Assembly (NCBI GenBank): GCA_001871445.1
Contig: MNVD01000025.1
Coordinates: 8,808-72,807, forward strand
Reading direction: 5' to 3'
Length of the DNA: 64,000 nucleotides
DNA from: Candidatus Magasanikbacteria bacterium CG1_02_41_34
GTDB taxonomy: Bacteria; Patescibacteriota; Patescibacteriia; Magasanikbacterales; UBA922
Part shown: positions 19,901-29,863 of the stretch, piece after piece
Position numbering within the stretch: position 1 is the first letter of the stretch
Layout of the letters: each line of letters starts with the position of its first letter
Made by a program: the position numbers and the translations under genes
The notes under the pieces: generated by a model
The model's input: only the letters and a program-made list of their open reading frames with translations
What the model was told of the DNA's origin: nothing
Database searches by the model: none

Positions 19901-20741
19901 CCATCCATTCTGGTTTGATATTATTTTTATTGAGAGAAGAAAGCAATTTGACACGTCGGACCAGACGATCTCGTTTTGCGCCTTTACTTTTCACAATTTG
20001 CTTTTCTAGACTTTCAATTGTTTTTGGCAAGTTGAGTTTTTTCAAAAGATCGCGAATCGCCCCAGCACCAATACTTGCCTCAAACATGTGTCCATAACGG
20101 AACGACAATTCTTGGTAGCGATGTTCAGACACAATGTTCATCATCTTGAGATCTTTCAATTCTTCTTGCACCAAGGATACATCTTCATCAAGCGCGACAA
20201 TTTTTTCTTCAAGTACTTTTGGTTCTGCTGCAAATTGTTTTTCAAGTTCTTTGCGTGTTGCTTTGTACTCATCTTTCAATCCATCAAGCGCTGTCTTTTT
20301 TTCTTCTTCATTGACTGACGTAATAATGAATGACGCAAAGTAAATAACTTTTTCAAGATTTTGGATTGAGATATCGAGAACAAGTCCAATCTTTGATGGA
20401 ATAGATCGAAGGAACCAGATGTGGGCAACAGGACTTGAAAGTTCGATGTGTCCCATGCGTTCACGACGCACGAGTGAATGGGTGACTTCCACGCCACATT
20501 TGTCACACACAATTCCTTTGTACCGAATTTTCTTATACTTTCCACAATAACATTCCCAATCTTTTGTCGGTCCAAAAATTTCTTCAGCAAAGAGCCCAGC
20601 TTTTTCTGGTTTTTGCGTGCGGTAGTTGATGGTCTCAGGTTTGGTAACCTCTCCAAACGACCAATTTTTTATAACCTCAGGTGATGCAACAGAGAGCGCC
20701 AGCGCATCGAAAGCCATTGAGTGAAGGGTATCGCGTGACAT
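16908..20741 (-). CDS. rpoC: RNA polymerase beta' subunit
   Basis: NADFDGDQM active site; KPETINYRT; Zn-binding cysteines. Confidence 0.99.
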   Translation of the reverse strand: MSRDTLHSMAFDALALSVASPEVIKNWSFGEVTKPETINYRTQKPEKAGLFAEEIFGPTKDWECYCGKYKKIRYKGIVCDKCGVEVTHSLVRRERMGHIELSSPVAHIWFLRSIPSKIGLVLDISIQNLEKVIYFASFIITSVNEEEKKTALDGLKDEYKATRKELEKQFAAEPKVLEEKIVALDEDVSLVQEELKDLKMMNIVSEHRYQELSFRYGHMFEASIGAGAIRDLLKKLNLPKTIESLEKQIVKSKGAKRDRLVRRVKLLSSLNKNNIKPEWMVLTTIPVIPPDLRPMVALDGGRFATSDLNDLYRRVINRNNRLGRLLALNAPEVICRNERRMLQEAVDALIDNNARSAKTVTASTGQKRKLRSLADILKGKQGRFRQNLLGKRVDYSGRSVIVVGPNLKIHECGLPKRMALELFKPFVMSEIIKRELAHNVRSASRYIESNAPEVWDILEELTSKTRVFLNRAPTLHRLGIQAFRPKLIEGKAIQLHPLVTPAFNADFDGDQMAVHLPLTEEAKWEAEHIMAAEKNLLKPATGQPIITPQQDITLGSYYLTRYAEGDTGEVTKFFSNVTEAKYAYKTREIKVQERVKIRFGKTFMEKFPEGTNHIVETSIGRVFFNEIYPEKIEYYNEPITKKHLSKIIASMLEFYGQAETAVILDRIKEVGFKYVTKSGYSLGMDDFGRIDEKKAILEEGGDSVALVEEQYAEGLLTGSERHAKVLEIWTDVKDRVVSFNKQALDKEGPVFAMIDSGARGSWGQLGQVIGMKGLVASPSGDIIELPVTGNFKEGFDVLEFFISSHGTRKGLSDTALRTANAGYLTRRLVDVAQDVVVTQDDCGDEIGEIFTKENSEQIGEKLSERVGGRFVLSDVKAGRKTVIKAGEVITAEIARQVESEGVEEVHVRSVVQCHLPKGVCATCYGLDLSNSNVVKKGTAVGIIAAQSIGEPGTQLTMRTFHLGGVAGGDITQGLPRVEELFEARKPKRKAVLSEVAGTIEIEDADGKVITSPTGRKVFEGRKGQKIIKVHFEGMDEVEMKIRKADDIKVEDGQKVKKDQVLFVSGTTGEEVKAEYGGVVTLGTKSLTLRYQGSHKKEYIVQIGFKLWAKNGDVVEKGDQLTEGSVDLQELFELKGRDAVQRYILSEIQSIYASQGQRLNDKHVELIVRQMFSRMYVEDSGDTDLLPGETVEKAQFHGANELAKKNKGKEAAGRELFLGVSKISLSTQSFLSAASFQETSKVLINAAITGKMDPLEGLKENVIIGRLIPAGTGFREQE

Positions 20742-20768
20742 ACGTAATAGAAATTAATGAGTACGAAC

Positions 20769-23700
20769 TTAGTATCGATCGCTACTCTCTGAGTCGTTTT
20801 CTGCTGACTCGACGGTTGGAATTTCGTCAGCAGGGATGTAATCATCACCGACTTTTTTCATAAGTTTGACATCAAGGGCAAGTCCTTTCAATTCTCGAAC
20901 AAGCACATTGAATGACTCTGGCAAATTGACGCGAGTAATTGGATTGCCTTTGATGATTGCTTCGTATGCTTTGCTTCGACCAGGCACATCATCTGATTTG
21001 ATGGTCAAAATTTCTTGGAGTGTGTGTGCAGCACCGTATGCTTCAAGTGCCCACACTTCCATTTCTCCAAAACGTTGTCCACCAAACTGCGCTTTTCCAC
21101 CAAGTGGCTGCTGTGTAATAAGACTGTATGGACCAATGGAACGTTGGTGCATTTTATCTTCGATCATGTGGTTGAGTTTCAACATGTAGCTGTATCCAAC
21201 CGTTGTTTTATGATCCATTGATTCACCCGTACGTCCATCATAGAGTTGAGACTGTGCATCTACTGGGAATCCAGCTTTTACAAGTTCTTCTTTGATTTGT
21301 TCTTCGGTAATACCATCCAACACTGGTGTTGCTGCACGATACCCAAGAGCATTTGCTGCAAGACCAAGATGTGTCTCAAGAAGCTGTCCAAGGTTCATAC
21401 GAGAAATAACTCCGAGTGGTGAAAGGATAATATCAACAGGCGTTCCATCTTCGAGGAACGGCATGTCTTCCACTGGAACAATACGTGAAATAACACCTTT
21501 GTTTCCGTGACGTCCTGCCATTTTATCTCCGACTTGCAATTTTCTCATGTCAGCAACAGTCACCTGGACTTGTTTGATCACACCTGGTTGCAACTTGTCT
21601 CCTTCATCGGCAGAAAAGACACGGATATCAGTCACTTTTCCATGTTCTCCATGCTCGAGATACAGTGATGAATCACGTACATCACGAGCTTTTTCTCCAA
21701 AGATCGCACGGAGAAGTCTCTCTTCTGGTGTCAATTCTGTTTCACCTTTTGGTGTAATTTTTCCTACCAAAATATCACCAGATTGGACTTCTGCACCAAT
21801 ACGGATCACACCTTCGGTATCAAGATTTTTGAGTTTTTCTTCACTCACGTTTGGGATATCACTGGTGACCACTTCTGGCCCAAGCTTTGTCTCGCGTACA
21901 TCTGTTGCATAATCTTCCACGTGAATAGAGGTATACCGATCCATCTGTACCAGTCGTTCTGAAATAATGATCGCGTCCTCATAGTTGTATCCATCCCATA
22001 CCATGTAGGCAACAAGTACGTTTTGTCCAAGTGCAAGTTCACCATTGTTAATACTCGGTCCATTACACAGTGGCTGACCTTTCTTTACTTTTTGGCCAAG
22101 AGTCACCATCGGGCGCTGGTTGATAGAACTCGATGCATTTGATCGAATAAATTTATTTAAGTTGTATGTATACAATTTTTTATTTTTGTCTGTAATCACG
22201 ATCTTGCTACTGTCTACTGCAGTAACTTCACCATCTGCGTCTGCAAAAAGCACATGTCCACTATTTTCTGCAGCAATTTTTTCCATACCTGTCCCTACGA
22301 GTGGTGCATCAGGCTGAATACATGGCACAGCTTGACGCTGCATGTTTGTTCCCATGAGTGCACGCGTCGCGTCGTCATGTTCGAGAAATGGAATCATGCT
22401 GGTAGCAACAGACAAAATTTGATTTGATGCTACATCGATATAATCAATGTCTGATGGCATGACTGTACTTGGTTCACCATGCACACGTGCAGGAAGACGT
22501 TCTCCAATGAGCACACCGTGTTCGTTCATAGGAGTCGTCGCACTTGCTGTTGTTACTTTTTCTTCTTGAAATGAATTGAGGTACACAATCTCATCCGTGA
22601 CACGTGGCATGACAGGGACTGTCTTGAGGTCTTTTTTTCCAGCCAATGTTTTTGCCATGTCTTTGGTAATCTGTTCCCCTGCCTTGCCTACACCAGAAAT
22701 ATCTTCAAGCAAATATTCTTCTACAGTGAAGCGTGCTTCATTTGGCACATTTTTTGCTACTTTTCTATATGGTGCTTCAACAAATCCAAACGTGTTAATT
22801 TTTGCATAGCAGGCAAGATGTCCAACAAGACCAATATTTGGTCCTTCCGGAGTTGCAATTGGACAAATACGTCCGTAATGAGTCGTATGTACATCACGAA
22901 CTTCAAATCCTGCACGATCTCGAGAAAGTCCACCAGGTCCAAGCGCTGAGACACGACGTTTGTGCTCCAGCTCGGCGAGTGGATTGACTTGGTCCATGAA
23001 CTGAGACAACTGTGAACTCATAAAGAATTCACGAATCGCACCAATAACTGGTCGTGCGTTGATCAGTTTGTTTGGCGCAAGACTTTCGAGTTCGTAGGTA
23101 CTCATACGATCTCGGATGATACGTTCCATACGAGCAAGTCCTACACGAAAACGATTTTGCACAAGTTCTCCTACCGCACGAATACGACGGTTTCCGAGGT
23201 GATCGATATCATCAGCATCTTCTTGTGTCACGTTGAGTCGAACAACTTCTTTCAACACAAGGAGTAGTTTTTCTGGTGACAACACGCGCTGTTCTTTTTG
23301 ATCATAATCATTTCCTGACAATCCCAGATCAAATTTCTTATCAAGTTTGTAAACACCTACACGACCAAAGTCATATCGATCGAAGTTGAAAAACATCGAG
23401 TGAATAAGACTCTTTGCATTATCAGACGTTGCAAGGTCACCTGGTCGAATACGTTTGTATACTTCGATGAGTCCTTCGTCTTCATTTTCTGCTGCATCTT
23501 TTTTTAATGTTGCTTCGACATAATCGATGTTTGGGTGTGTATTGACTGATTGAAATGCTTTGATAATCTCTTCTTCACTCGCCATACCAAACGCACGCAA
23601 GAGTGATGTTGCTGCAACCTTTCGCTTGCGATCTACTTTTATCCAAATAACATTGTTTTGATCGGTTTCTATTTCAATCCATGCTCCTCGGTTTGGAATA

Positions 23701-24185
23701 ATTTTTGCCCCATAATATTTTCTCCCTCGGACTGTACTCTCTGTAAAAAATGCACCTGCACTACGGATGAGCTGTGAAACCACAACACGCTCAATTCCAT
23801 TTACCATAAAGGTCCCTCGATCAGTCATGATAGGGACGTCACCAAGATAAATTTCTTGCACATCTTCTGTTTTTGTTCGCTTGTTTACAAGTCGAACTTT
23901 CACTCGAAGCGGTGCTTCGAATGTTACATTTTTTTCACGACACACGACTTCGTCAAACTTTGGCTCATCAATCGTATAGTCTTCAAAATAGAGTTCCAAA
24001 TCTCGACCAGTAAAATCCTTGATTGGTGAAATCTCTTCAAACAATTCTTTGATACCTACATCAAAGAACCAGCGATACGACGCTTTTTGCGTCTCAATGA
24101 GATCTGGTGCTTCGATAGCACTCTTGAGCGTGGTGAAGAACTTTCGTTCTGCCACCGTGGTCTTCTGTCGCTTGTAGATTGGCAT
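20769..24185 (-). CDS. rpoB: RNA polymerase beta subunit
   Basis: GDKMAGRHGNKG, GGQRFGEMEVWALEAY. Confidence 0.99.
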   Translation of the reverse strand: MPIYKRQKTTVAERKFFTTLKSAIEAPDLIETQKASYRWFFDVGIKELFEEISPIKDFTGRDLELYFEDYTIDEPKFDEVVCREKNVTFEAPLRVKVRLVNKRTKTEDVQEIYLGDVPIMTDRGTFMVNGIERVVVSQLIRSAGAFFTESTVRGRKYYGAKIIPNRGAWIEIETDQNNVIWIKVDRKRKVAATSLLRAFGMASEEEIIKAFQSVNTHPNIDYVEATLKKDAAENEDEGLIEVYKRIRPGDLATSDNAKSLIHSMFFNFDRYDFGRVGVYKLDKKFDLGLSGNDYDQKEQRVLSPEKLLLVLKEVVRLNVTQEDADDIDHLGNRRIRAVGELVQNRFRVGLARMERIIRDRMSTYELESLAPNKLINARPVIGAIREFFMSSQLSQFMDQVNPLAELEHKRRVSALGPGGLSRDRAGFEVRDVHTTHYGRICPIATPEGPNIGLVGHLACYAKINTFGFVEAPYRKVAKNVPNEARFTVEEYLLEDISGVGKAGEQITKDMAKTLAGKKDLKTVPVMPRVTDEIVYLNSFQEEKVTTASATTPMNEHGVLIGERLPARVHGEPSTVMPSDIDYIDVASNQILSVATSMIPFLEHDDATRALMGTNMQRQAVPCIQPDAPLVGTGMEKIAAENSGHVLFADADGEVTAVDSSKIVITDKNKKLYTYNLNKFIRSNASSSINQRPMVTLGQKVKKGQPLCNGPSINNGELALGQNVLVAYMVWDGYNYEDAIIISERLVQMDRYTSIHVEDYATDVRETKLGPEVVTSDIPNVSEEKLKNLDTEGVIRIGAEVQSGDILVGKITPKGETELTPEERLLRAIFGEKARDVRDSSLYLEHGEHGKVTDIRVFSADEGDKLQPGVIKQVQVTVADMRKLQVGDKMAGRHGNKGVISRIVPVEDMPFLEDGTPVDIILSPLGVISRMNLGQLLETHLGLAANALGYRAATPVLDGITEEQIKEELVKAGFPVDAQSQLYDGRTGESMDHKTTVGYSYMLKLNHMIEDKMHQRSIGPYSLITQQPLGGKAQFGGQRFGEMEVWALEAYGAAHTLQEILTIKSDDVPGRSKAYEAIIKGNPITRVNLPESFNVLVRELKGLALDVKLMKKVGDDYIPADEIPTVESAENDSESSDRY

Positions 24186-24525
24186 AGATGCAAGCTATTA
24201 AACGTACATTCGAATTATATGTATTCACTGCAGAGCAATGAACGCATCTAATCCGAATGTTTTGAGTACAAAAAATGGCAAACCGTGGTAGATTTGCTTT
24301 CTAATTTTTATTGTTTGTTCGTTTCGATGTGCATGTTTTGCGCGTGCACAGGTAACGAATAATCCAGTGAATGCACCCCCACTACTCGCGAGTGGTGGGG
24401 TCAGGTATCAGACACGTCGTCGAGAAGAAGGTAGATTCGCTCCGTGGTATTATTATAAACCAACGGTATTTTTCTCTTCCCTTAGGGAAAAAAGTAATAC
24501 CTTTGGCTCATTTGACGACTGCTAC

Positions 24526-24554
24526 AATATACGTTGAAATAAGGGAAAAGTCAA
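24526..24554 (-). promoter_or_regulatory. rpoBC promoter
   Basis: TTGACT-17-TATATT on the - strand, ~340 nt upstream of rpoB. Confidence 0.6.
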
Positions 24555-24661
24555 GTACTGAACACGTGTATAACTATTTGTCAAGAACTGCACATTTTTG
24601 GCTTATTTTAGCAAAATAGTGTTTTTCTTACTAGGGCGACGTGGGGTGGTTATCCCTAGAG

Positions 24662-24670
24662 TTATCCACA
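24662..24670 (+). promoter_or_regulatory. DnaA box
   Basis: Perfect TTATCCACA; near-matches at 24565-24573 and 24650-24658. Confidence 0.5.
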
Positions 24671-24727
24671 TTTCATGGGACATATAGCATGTTGCAGATA
24701 ACAAAACAGCTTTTGCACAGCCTTAGC

Positions 24728-24756
24728 TTGACAAAAAGGCTTATTTGTGATATATT
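24728..24756 (+). promoter_or_regulatory. sigma70 promoter of the GC-rich lipoprotein gene
   Basis: TTGACA-17-TATATT with extended TG. Confidence 0.75.
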
Positions 24757-24891
24757 CGGACGTCTTTCGTTGGAAACGAAACAAAAAGTGGGACATTCGT
24801 CCTCCTTTCTGCTCTTTTCCAAACCAAAAACACATACTTCGCTTTCCGGGGGTTCCGGGGGTGAATGTGTGTTTACATTGAGAGGTCTTGA

Positions 24892-26106
24892 ATGAACCAC
24901 CGCATCGACGCTCCCCGCGAGCACTCGTTCCTCGTCCGCTTCCTCCTGGTTCTCCCGTTCGGCGTGCTCCTGAGCACGCAGATCGGGTGCGCCGACGACG
25001 CGCAGCAGCCCGTCGTGACCGACGACTCCTCCATCACCGAGCGCCTCGATGCGCTCGAGGATCAGGTGGCGGGGCTCCAAGCGCAGGCCGATCGGGTCGA
25101 TCAGCTCGAGACCCGTGTGCACAGCCTCGAGCTGCAGCACCTGGTCGCAGTGGCCGACCAGCAGCGCCTCCAGCTGGAGCTGGACATGGCGAAGAGCCAG
25201 CTCGACCCGTTCGTGAAGACCTTCACTTTCGTCGGTGCCGAGACGCCGGATCCGTACGACACGATGGTCTACGTGAACGGATCGCTCAACCTCGGCATCA
25301 ACGACCTGCTCGTCCGCAACATCGGGGCGAGCAACGTCAACAGCGACCAGGCCACCTTCGGCGAAAGCTGGACACTCGGAGCACAGCACGTAGAGTCCTT
25401 GGCCTTCAAGCAGGACAACTACGAACGGTTCATGTACGGCTTCGACCTGGAGTGGATCCACCAGATCAGCCCGTTCACCCTGTCCAGTTACGACGAGAAC
25501 GGGGAGAGCGTGATCACGTTCACCAGCGGCCACGTCCGCGTGAACAACCTCCGCGCTTACAATCAGCTGCGCGGGGACACGTTGTACGTCGATACCTATG
25601 GCGCCATGCCCGAGCTCAACGTCTGGAATCGTCTCGTGACAGGGAACCTCGAGGCCTTCAGTGTCGAGGTCAAGGAGCTCCTGAACGTGCTCAACGAGGC
25701 CTCGTTTGGCTTCAACGACACGACGGGACCAGCGGTGACGATCACTCGAAATGGCCTCGCTAGCGGCATGCTGATCAGCTCACCAAGCCAGGTCAGTTAT
25801 TCTGAGAAGGCATGGCTCTTTCGCGCCAGCCAGCTCGTCTCGTTCGGCCAGTCCAACGGCGACGGAACCTGGAGCATGATGCTTGAGGACGCCAAGCTCG
25901 TAGCACGCAGAGGCATGTCAGTCTCGAACGAGAATGATAACTGGTTCAACCCAGGTGCCCTGGTGGTGCATGGAGACAGCAAGTTCAAACAGGCCAGCGA
26001 CGGCACGCCGGCAGATGTCACGATCGAGGGCAGCCTCAACGTGACCGGGGCGGCCGACACCGGCTGCTTGCAGACCGAGGTCGATTCCTGCATCGACCTG
26101 CAGTAG
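24892..26106 (+). CDS. GC-rich putative lipoprotein with coiled coil and beta-rich C-terminus
   Basis: GAGAGG SD; hydrophobic stretch ending in QIG-C; heptad region ERLDALEDQV. Confidence 0.8.
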   Translation: MNHRIDAPREHSFLVRFLLVLPFGVLLSTQIGCADDAQQPVVTDDSSITERLDALEDQVAGLQAQADRVDQLETRVHSLELQHLVAVADQQRLQLELDMAKSQLDPFVKTFTFVGAETPDPYDTMVYVNGSLNLGINDLLVRNIGASNVNSDQATFGESWTLGAQHVESLAFKQDNYERFMYGFDLEWIHQISPFTLSSYDENGESVITFTSGHVRVNNLRAYNQLRGDTLYVDTYGAMPELNVWNRLVTGNLEAFSVEVKELLNVLNEASFGFNDTTGPAVTITRNGLASGMLISSPSQVSYSEKAWLFRASQLVSFGQSNGDGTWSMMLEDAKLVARRGMSVSNENDNWFNPGALVVHGDSKFKQASDGTPADVTIEGSLNVTGAADTGCLQTEVDSCIDLQ

Positions 26107-26135
26107 CCTCTCAACCGCCCTCACAGGCACAACCC

Positions 26136-26172
26136 GGGCGACGCAGCAGTGATCTTCACTGTTGCGTCGCCC
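26136..26172 (+). terminator. 17-bp GC-rich 3' hairpin
   Basis: gggcgacgcagcagtga-tct-tcactgttgcgtcgccc. Confidence 0.65.
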
Positions 26173-26264
26173 CTTCAACTGCGATCTCGAATTTCGAGAG
26201 TGCTGAGAAGAAATTTTGAAAAAGCACGTTGTATATCAATGTGCTTTTTTATATGCAACGAAAG

Positions 26265-26405
26265 ATTTCGCTTCGCTAAGATTACATGTTGACTACGTCA
26301 ACATAAGACTGAAGATTATGCTACATTCATGCCTTCCTTTTTATATCCTAATCTTCTAATCTTTTTTGCGAAGCAAAAAGGAATCTTAATGGAGCGAAGC
26401 GAAAT
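26265..26405. repeat. MITE/REP-like element with 13-bp terminal inverted repeats
   Basis: atttcgcttcgct ... agcgaagcgaaat with internal hairpins. Confidence 0.6.
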
Positions 26406-26536
26406 GCAATCTTCCGTGTACATACGAATGCCCGTGATCTAGCAACGTACAATCTTTCTCCGCAAGTCATCAAACACCCACAAGAAGCTTGTTATCGCTT
26501 CTCTCAAAATATGATACAATACACTGAACACAACCT

Positions 26537-29005
26537 ATGGCACGAAAAAAACAACAACCAGAACCAAACTTTGATCCTACACTTTCACGAGGGATCATCG
26601 CGATCCTTCTTGTGATCCTCGCACTCATTATTACCCTGAGCTTTTTTGGTGGTGCAAGTACTGTTGGCGTGGTACTCAATGAATGGATTCTTGCCTTTCT
26701 TTTTGGATCCATGCGATTTGCGACACCTATTATCTTACTGATATTTGCCTGGTTTATATTGAAAGATAATCGATACGACTATCACCCTACGCATGGCATC
26801 GGTGCGGTACTCTTTTTTCTCACACTTTCGAGTCTCATGCACATGGGCTTTCCGGCTGTTGATATGTGGCGAGAGGCGCTCGCAGGTGGCGGTGGCGGCG
26901 TTTTTGGTATGCTTGCCTGGCCACTAAAAACATACCTAGGGAGTATTGGCAGTATTATTCTTCTCATTGGTCTTGCCCTGGTATCACTTATTTTATTATT
27001 TAATACTGCCATTCTTCATTTCTTTTCTCTTCACAAAAAAATATTAGCAGGACTTGGATTTGTAGGGGAATTTATAAAACAACAAGTACATGCTGATGGC
27101 AATGATGATGAAACAGAAGATCCTTACATGGATGACGAAGAGGAAACATCACCACAAGCTCGAAGATTTTCTGCAAGACATATTGCAGGTGATGAAGAAG
27201 AGGAAAAGAATACTGATGATGCAGATACTGAAGATGAAGAGGGGGATAACACAGAAGAAGAACCTATACATCGTGCACCAAAAACGCATGTTGTTGCAGC
27301 AGAGGATGAAATCCCCGACTGGGCAAAACATGTAGTTATCAAAGCACCCCCAAAAATTACATTACTCAAAACAAGCAAATCAAAACCAACGAGTGGTGAT
27401 ATAAAAGCTAATGAAGCAACAATCCGGGATACACTTGCTGAGTTTAATATTGAGGTAGACATGGGTGAGGTCCGTGTAGGACCGACAGTCACACAGTATT
27501 CACTCAAACCTTCTAAGGGGGTAAAAATTTCTCGCATCACAGCACTGTCAAATGATCTTGCACTCGCACTTGCTGCACATCCTATTCGTATTGAAGCACC
27601 AATCCCTGGAAAATCTCTTGTTGGTATAGAAGTACCGAATGAAAAAGCAGCGATGGTGACCTTCAAAGAACTGCTCGAATCAAAAGAATATGCAACTCGT
27701 CCACATGACATGATGTTTGCACTGGGAAAAGATGTTGGTGGAAAAATTTGGGTAGCAGATTTGCCAAAGATGCCACATCTCTTGGTAGCAGGTGCGACAG
27801 GATCTGGAAAGACTGTCTGTGTCAATACGATCATCATGTCACTGTTGTTTCAGAATACTGCAGAAACATTGCGCTTTATCATGGTAGATCCAAAACGTGT
27901 AGAATTGACACTCTACAATGGCATTCCACATCTTCTCACTCCTGTTATTACCAATTCACAAGATACTGTGAATGCACTCAAGTGGACGATCTCAGAAATG
28001 GATAGACGCTTTGAATTACTCTCAAAAGCAGGCAATCGCGATATCGGGACATACAATGAAGCTCATCCACACACAAAAATTCCATATCTTGTCTTTGTTA
28101 TAGACGAGCTGGCCGATCTCATGGCAACAGCGGGCAATGAAGTCGAAGCAGGAATTATTCGTATTGCACAGATGGCACGTGCTGTAGGTATTCATCTTAT
28201 TGTTGCAACACAGCGACCAAGTGTCGATGTCATTACTGGACTCATGAAAGCAAACATTCCTGGTCGTATTGCTTTTTCCGTTGCTTCTGTCACAGACTCA
28301 CGAACAATTCTCGATGCAGCAGGTGCTGATAAACTTCTTGGCCGTGGAGATATGCTTTTTTCTACAGCATCACTCAGTAAACCTGTTCGTATCCAGGGCG
28401 CATTCATTACAGAAGAAGAAATGAAGAATGTCGTGTCATATTTGAAAGGTGGCACAAAACCAACATATGACGAATCCATTATTCAAAGACAAAAAAATGG
28501 TACTGCGAGCATGTTTGGTGGTCCAGCAGATGACCAAGATCCATTGTTTAACGATGCTCAGGAAATAATATTGCAAGCTGGCAAAGCAAGCGCATCTTTT
28601 CTCCAACGACACCTTCGCGTAGGATATGCTCGAGCTGCTCGGATTCTGGATGAACTCGAAGAAGCTGGTATCATAGGTCCAGCCGATGGATCAAAACCTC
28701 GTGAAGTTCTCGTGACAGAAAAGCAAGTTCCGAGTACTATGGGTATGGGACAAGAATTCAACGTTTTTGAAGATGATACTGAGACAGATGAGGGTAGTGA
28801 TGAAGAAGAAACCGATGCAACGTTTGTTGAATATGAAGATGAAGAAGAAACAGAAGAAGAAATAGATGACAAGGCAAATCCAGATGAAGAAACCAATGAG
28901 GCGGATAGTGAAGAAGAAGAAGATAGCAATGAAGATGATGAGACAGATGAGGAACTTCTCGAGGAAGAATTGGAGGAAGATGCTGATCAAAAATTCTTTA
29001 AATAA
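26537..29005 (+). CDS. ftsK: DNA translocase FtsK
   Basis: N-terminal TMs, PHLLVAGATGSGKT, IDELADLM, gamma domain VGYARAAR, acidic tail. Confidence 0.97.
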   Translation: MARKKQQPEPNFDPTLSRGIIAILLVILALIITLSFFGGASTVGVVLNEWILAFLFGSMRFATPIILLIFAWFILKDNRYDYHPTHGIGAVLFFLTLSSLMHMGFPAVDMWREALAGGGGGVFGMLAWPLKTYLGSIGSIILLIGLALVSLILLFNTAILHFFSLHKKILAGLGFVGEFIKQQVHADGNDDETEDPYMDDEEETSPQARRFSARHIAGDEEEEKNTDDADTEDEEGDNTEEEPIHRAPKTHVVAAEDEIPDWAKHVVIKAPPKITLLKTSKSKPTSGDIKANEATIRDTLAEFNIEVDMGEVRVGPTVTQYSLKPSKGVKISRITALSNDLALALAAHPIRIEAPIPGKSLVGIEVPNEKAAMVTFKELLESKEYATRPHDMMFALGKDVGGKIWVADLPKMPHLLVAGATGSGKTVCVNTIIMSLLFQNTAETLRFIMVDPKRVELTLYNGIPHLLTPVITNSQDTVNALKWTISEMDRRFELLSKAGNRDIGTYNEAHPHTKIPYLVFVIDELADLMATAGNEVEAGIIRIAQMARAVGIHLIVATQRPSVDVITGLMKANIPGRIAFSVASVTDSRTILDAAGADKLLGRGDMLFSTASLSKPVRIQGAFITEEEMKNVVSYLKGGTKPTYDESIIQRQKNGTASMFGGPADDQDPLFNDAQEIILQAGKASASFLQRHLRVGYARAARILDELEEAGIIGPADGSKPREVLVTEKQVPSTMGMGQEFNVFEDDTETDEGSDEEETDATFVEYEDEEETEEEIDDKANPDEETNEADSEEEEDSNEDDETDEELLEEELEEDADQKFFK

Positions 29006-29043
29006 AAGAATACTGAACCCAGATAACGAAGAAGGAAAGGTGT

Positions 29044-29766
29044 ATGACTGCATTCACAAGAAAAAAAATAGAAGATACACATCGTGTTTGTTTCCGCCTC
29101 AAAGAGGCGCGCGAAGCAGCAGGTTTTTCTATTGAACAAATGTCTGAAAAAACAAAATTGAGTAAGACCTACATCAAGGCTCTTGAGACATGTGAATTCC
29201 AGAATCTTCCAACTGGCACAGTGTACCAAAAAAACTTTATCAAAAGATATTTGTCGGTGCTCGATATTCCATCGACATCATATATACAACAATTTCTCAT
29301 CGAGGAAGGGTATGAACAAACAAAACATGAACCACAACTCCAAGCACATCCACACAAACCAAAATCTTTTCTTGCATTTCATGCATTACCCGGTGTAATG
29401 AAATATCTTGGTATAGCCTTTGTGTTACTTTCTGTTTTGGGATATCTCGGATGGCAAGTAAACCGTATTTTGGAACCACCACAACTCACACTCATCTCAC
29501 CTGAAGATGGCCATATCACGAGTGATGAACAAATCACTATCCGTGGACTTTCTGACCCAGAGACTGATATTACTATCAATGGCAAAGGTGTGTCATATAC
29601 AAAAGAAGGACAATTTGAGCAAGCGCTCGACCTGGTTGAAGGCGTCAATACTATCGTCGTAGAAGCGACAAAAAAACATGGGCAAAAAACCACAGAAACT
29701 CGCTATGTCACCCAAAGAAAAATTCAACAAATTTCTGTGGAAACCTCTGGAGAAACAAGGAGTTGA
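29044..29766 (+). CDS. RodZ-like HTH-TM protein with Ig-like C-terminus
   Basis: LKEARE...YIKALE...NFIKRY HTH, one TM, LVEGVNTIVVEA. Confidence 0.8.
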   Translation: MTAFTRKKIEDTHRVCFRLKEAREAAGFSIEQMSEKTKLSKTYIKALETCEFQNLPTGTVYQKNFIKRYLSVLDIPSTSYIQQFLIEEGYEQTKHEPQLQAHPHKPKSFLAFHALPGVMKYLGIAFVLLSVLGYLGWQVNRILEPPQLTLISPEDGHITSDEQITIRGLSDPETDITINGKGVSYTKEGQFEQALDLVEGVNTIVVEATKKHGQKTTETRYVTQRKIQQISVETSGETRS

Positions 29767-29863
29767 CCAAGCGGTAAAAACCCAGTATTCTACCAGTAGA
29801 GCATAAAGCTCTATTTTTAGACCCTCACACGCCTGTCATGATAACACTTAACATTCCAAAGGT

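Noticed and set aside
24565-24720. oriC suggested by DnaA boxes and divergent gene orientation
   Set aside because: Only one perfect box, no dnaA/dnaN nearby, and the + strand appears C-rich on both sides, so there is no apparent skew switch.
28750-28990. Low-complexity GAA/GAT repeats
   Set aside because: Encodes the acidic tail of FtsK; not an independent element.
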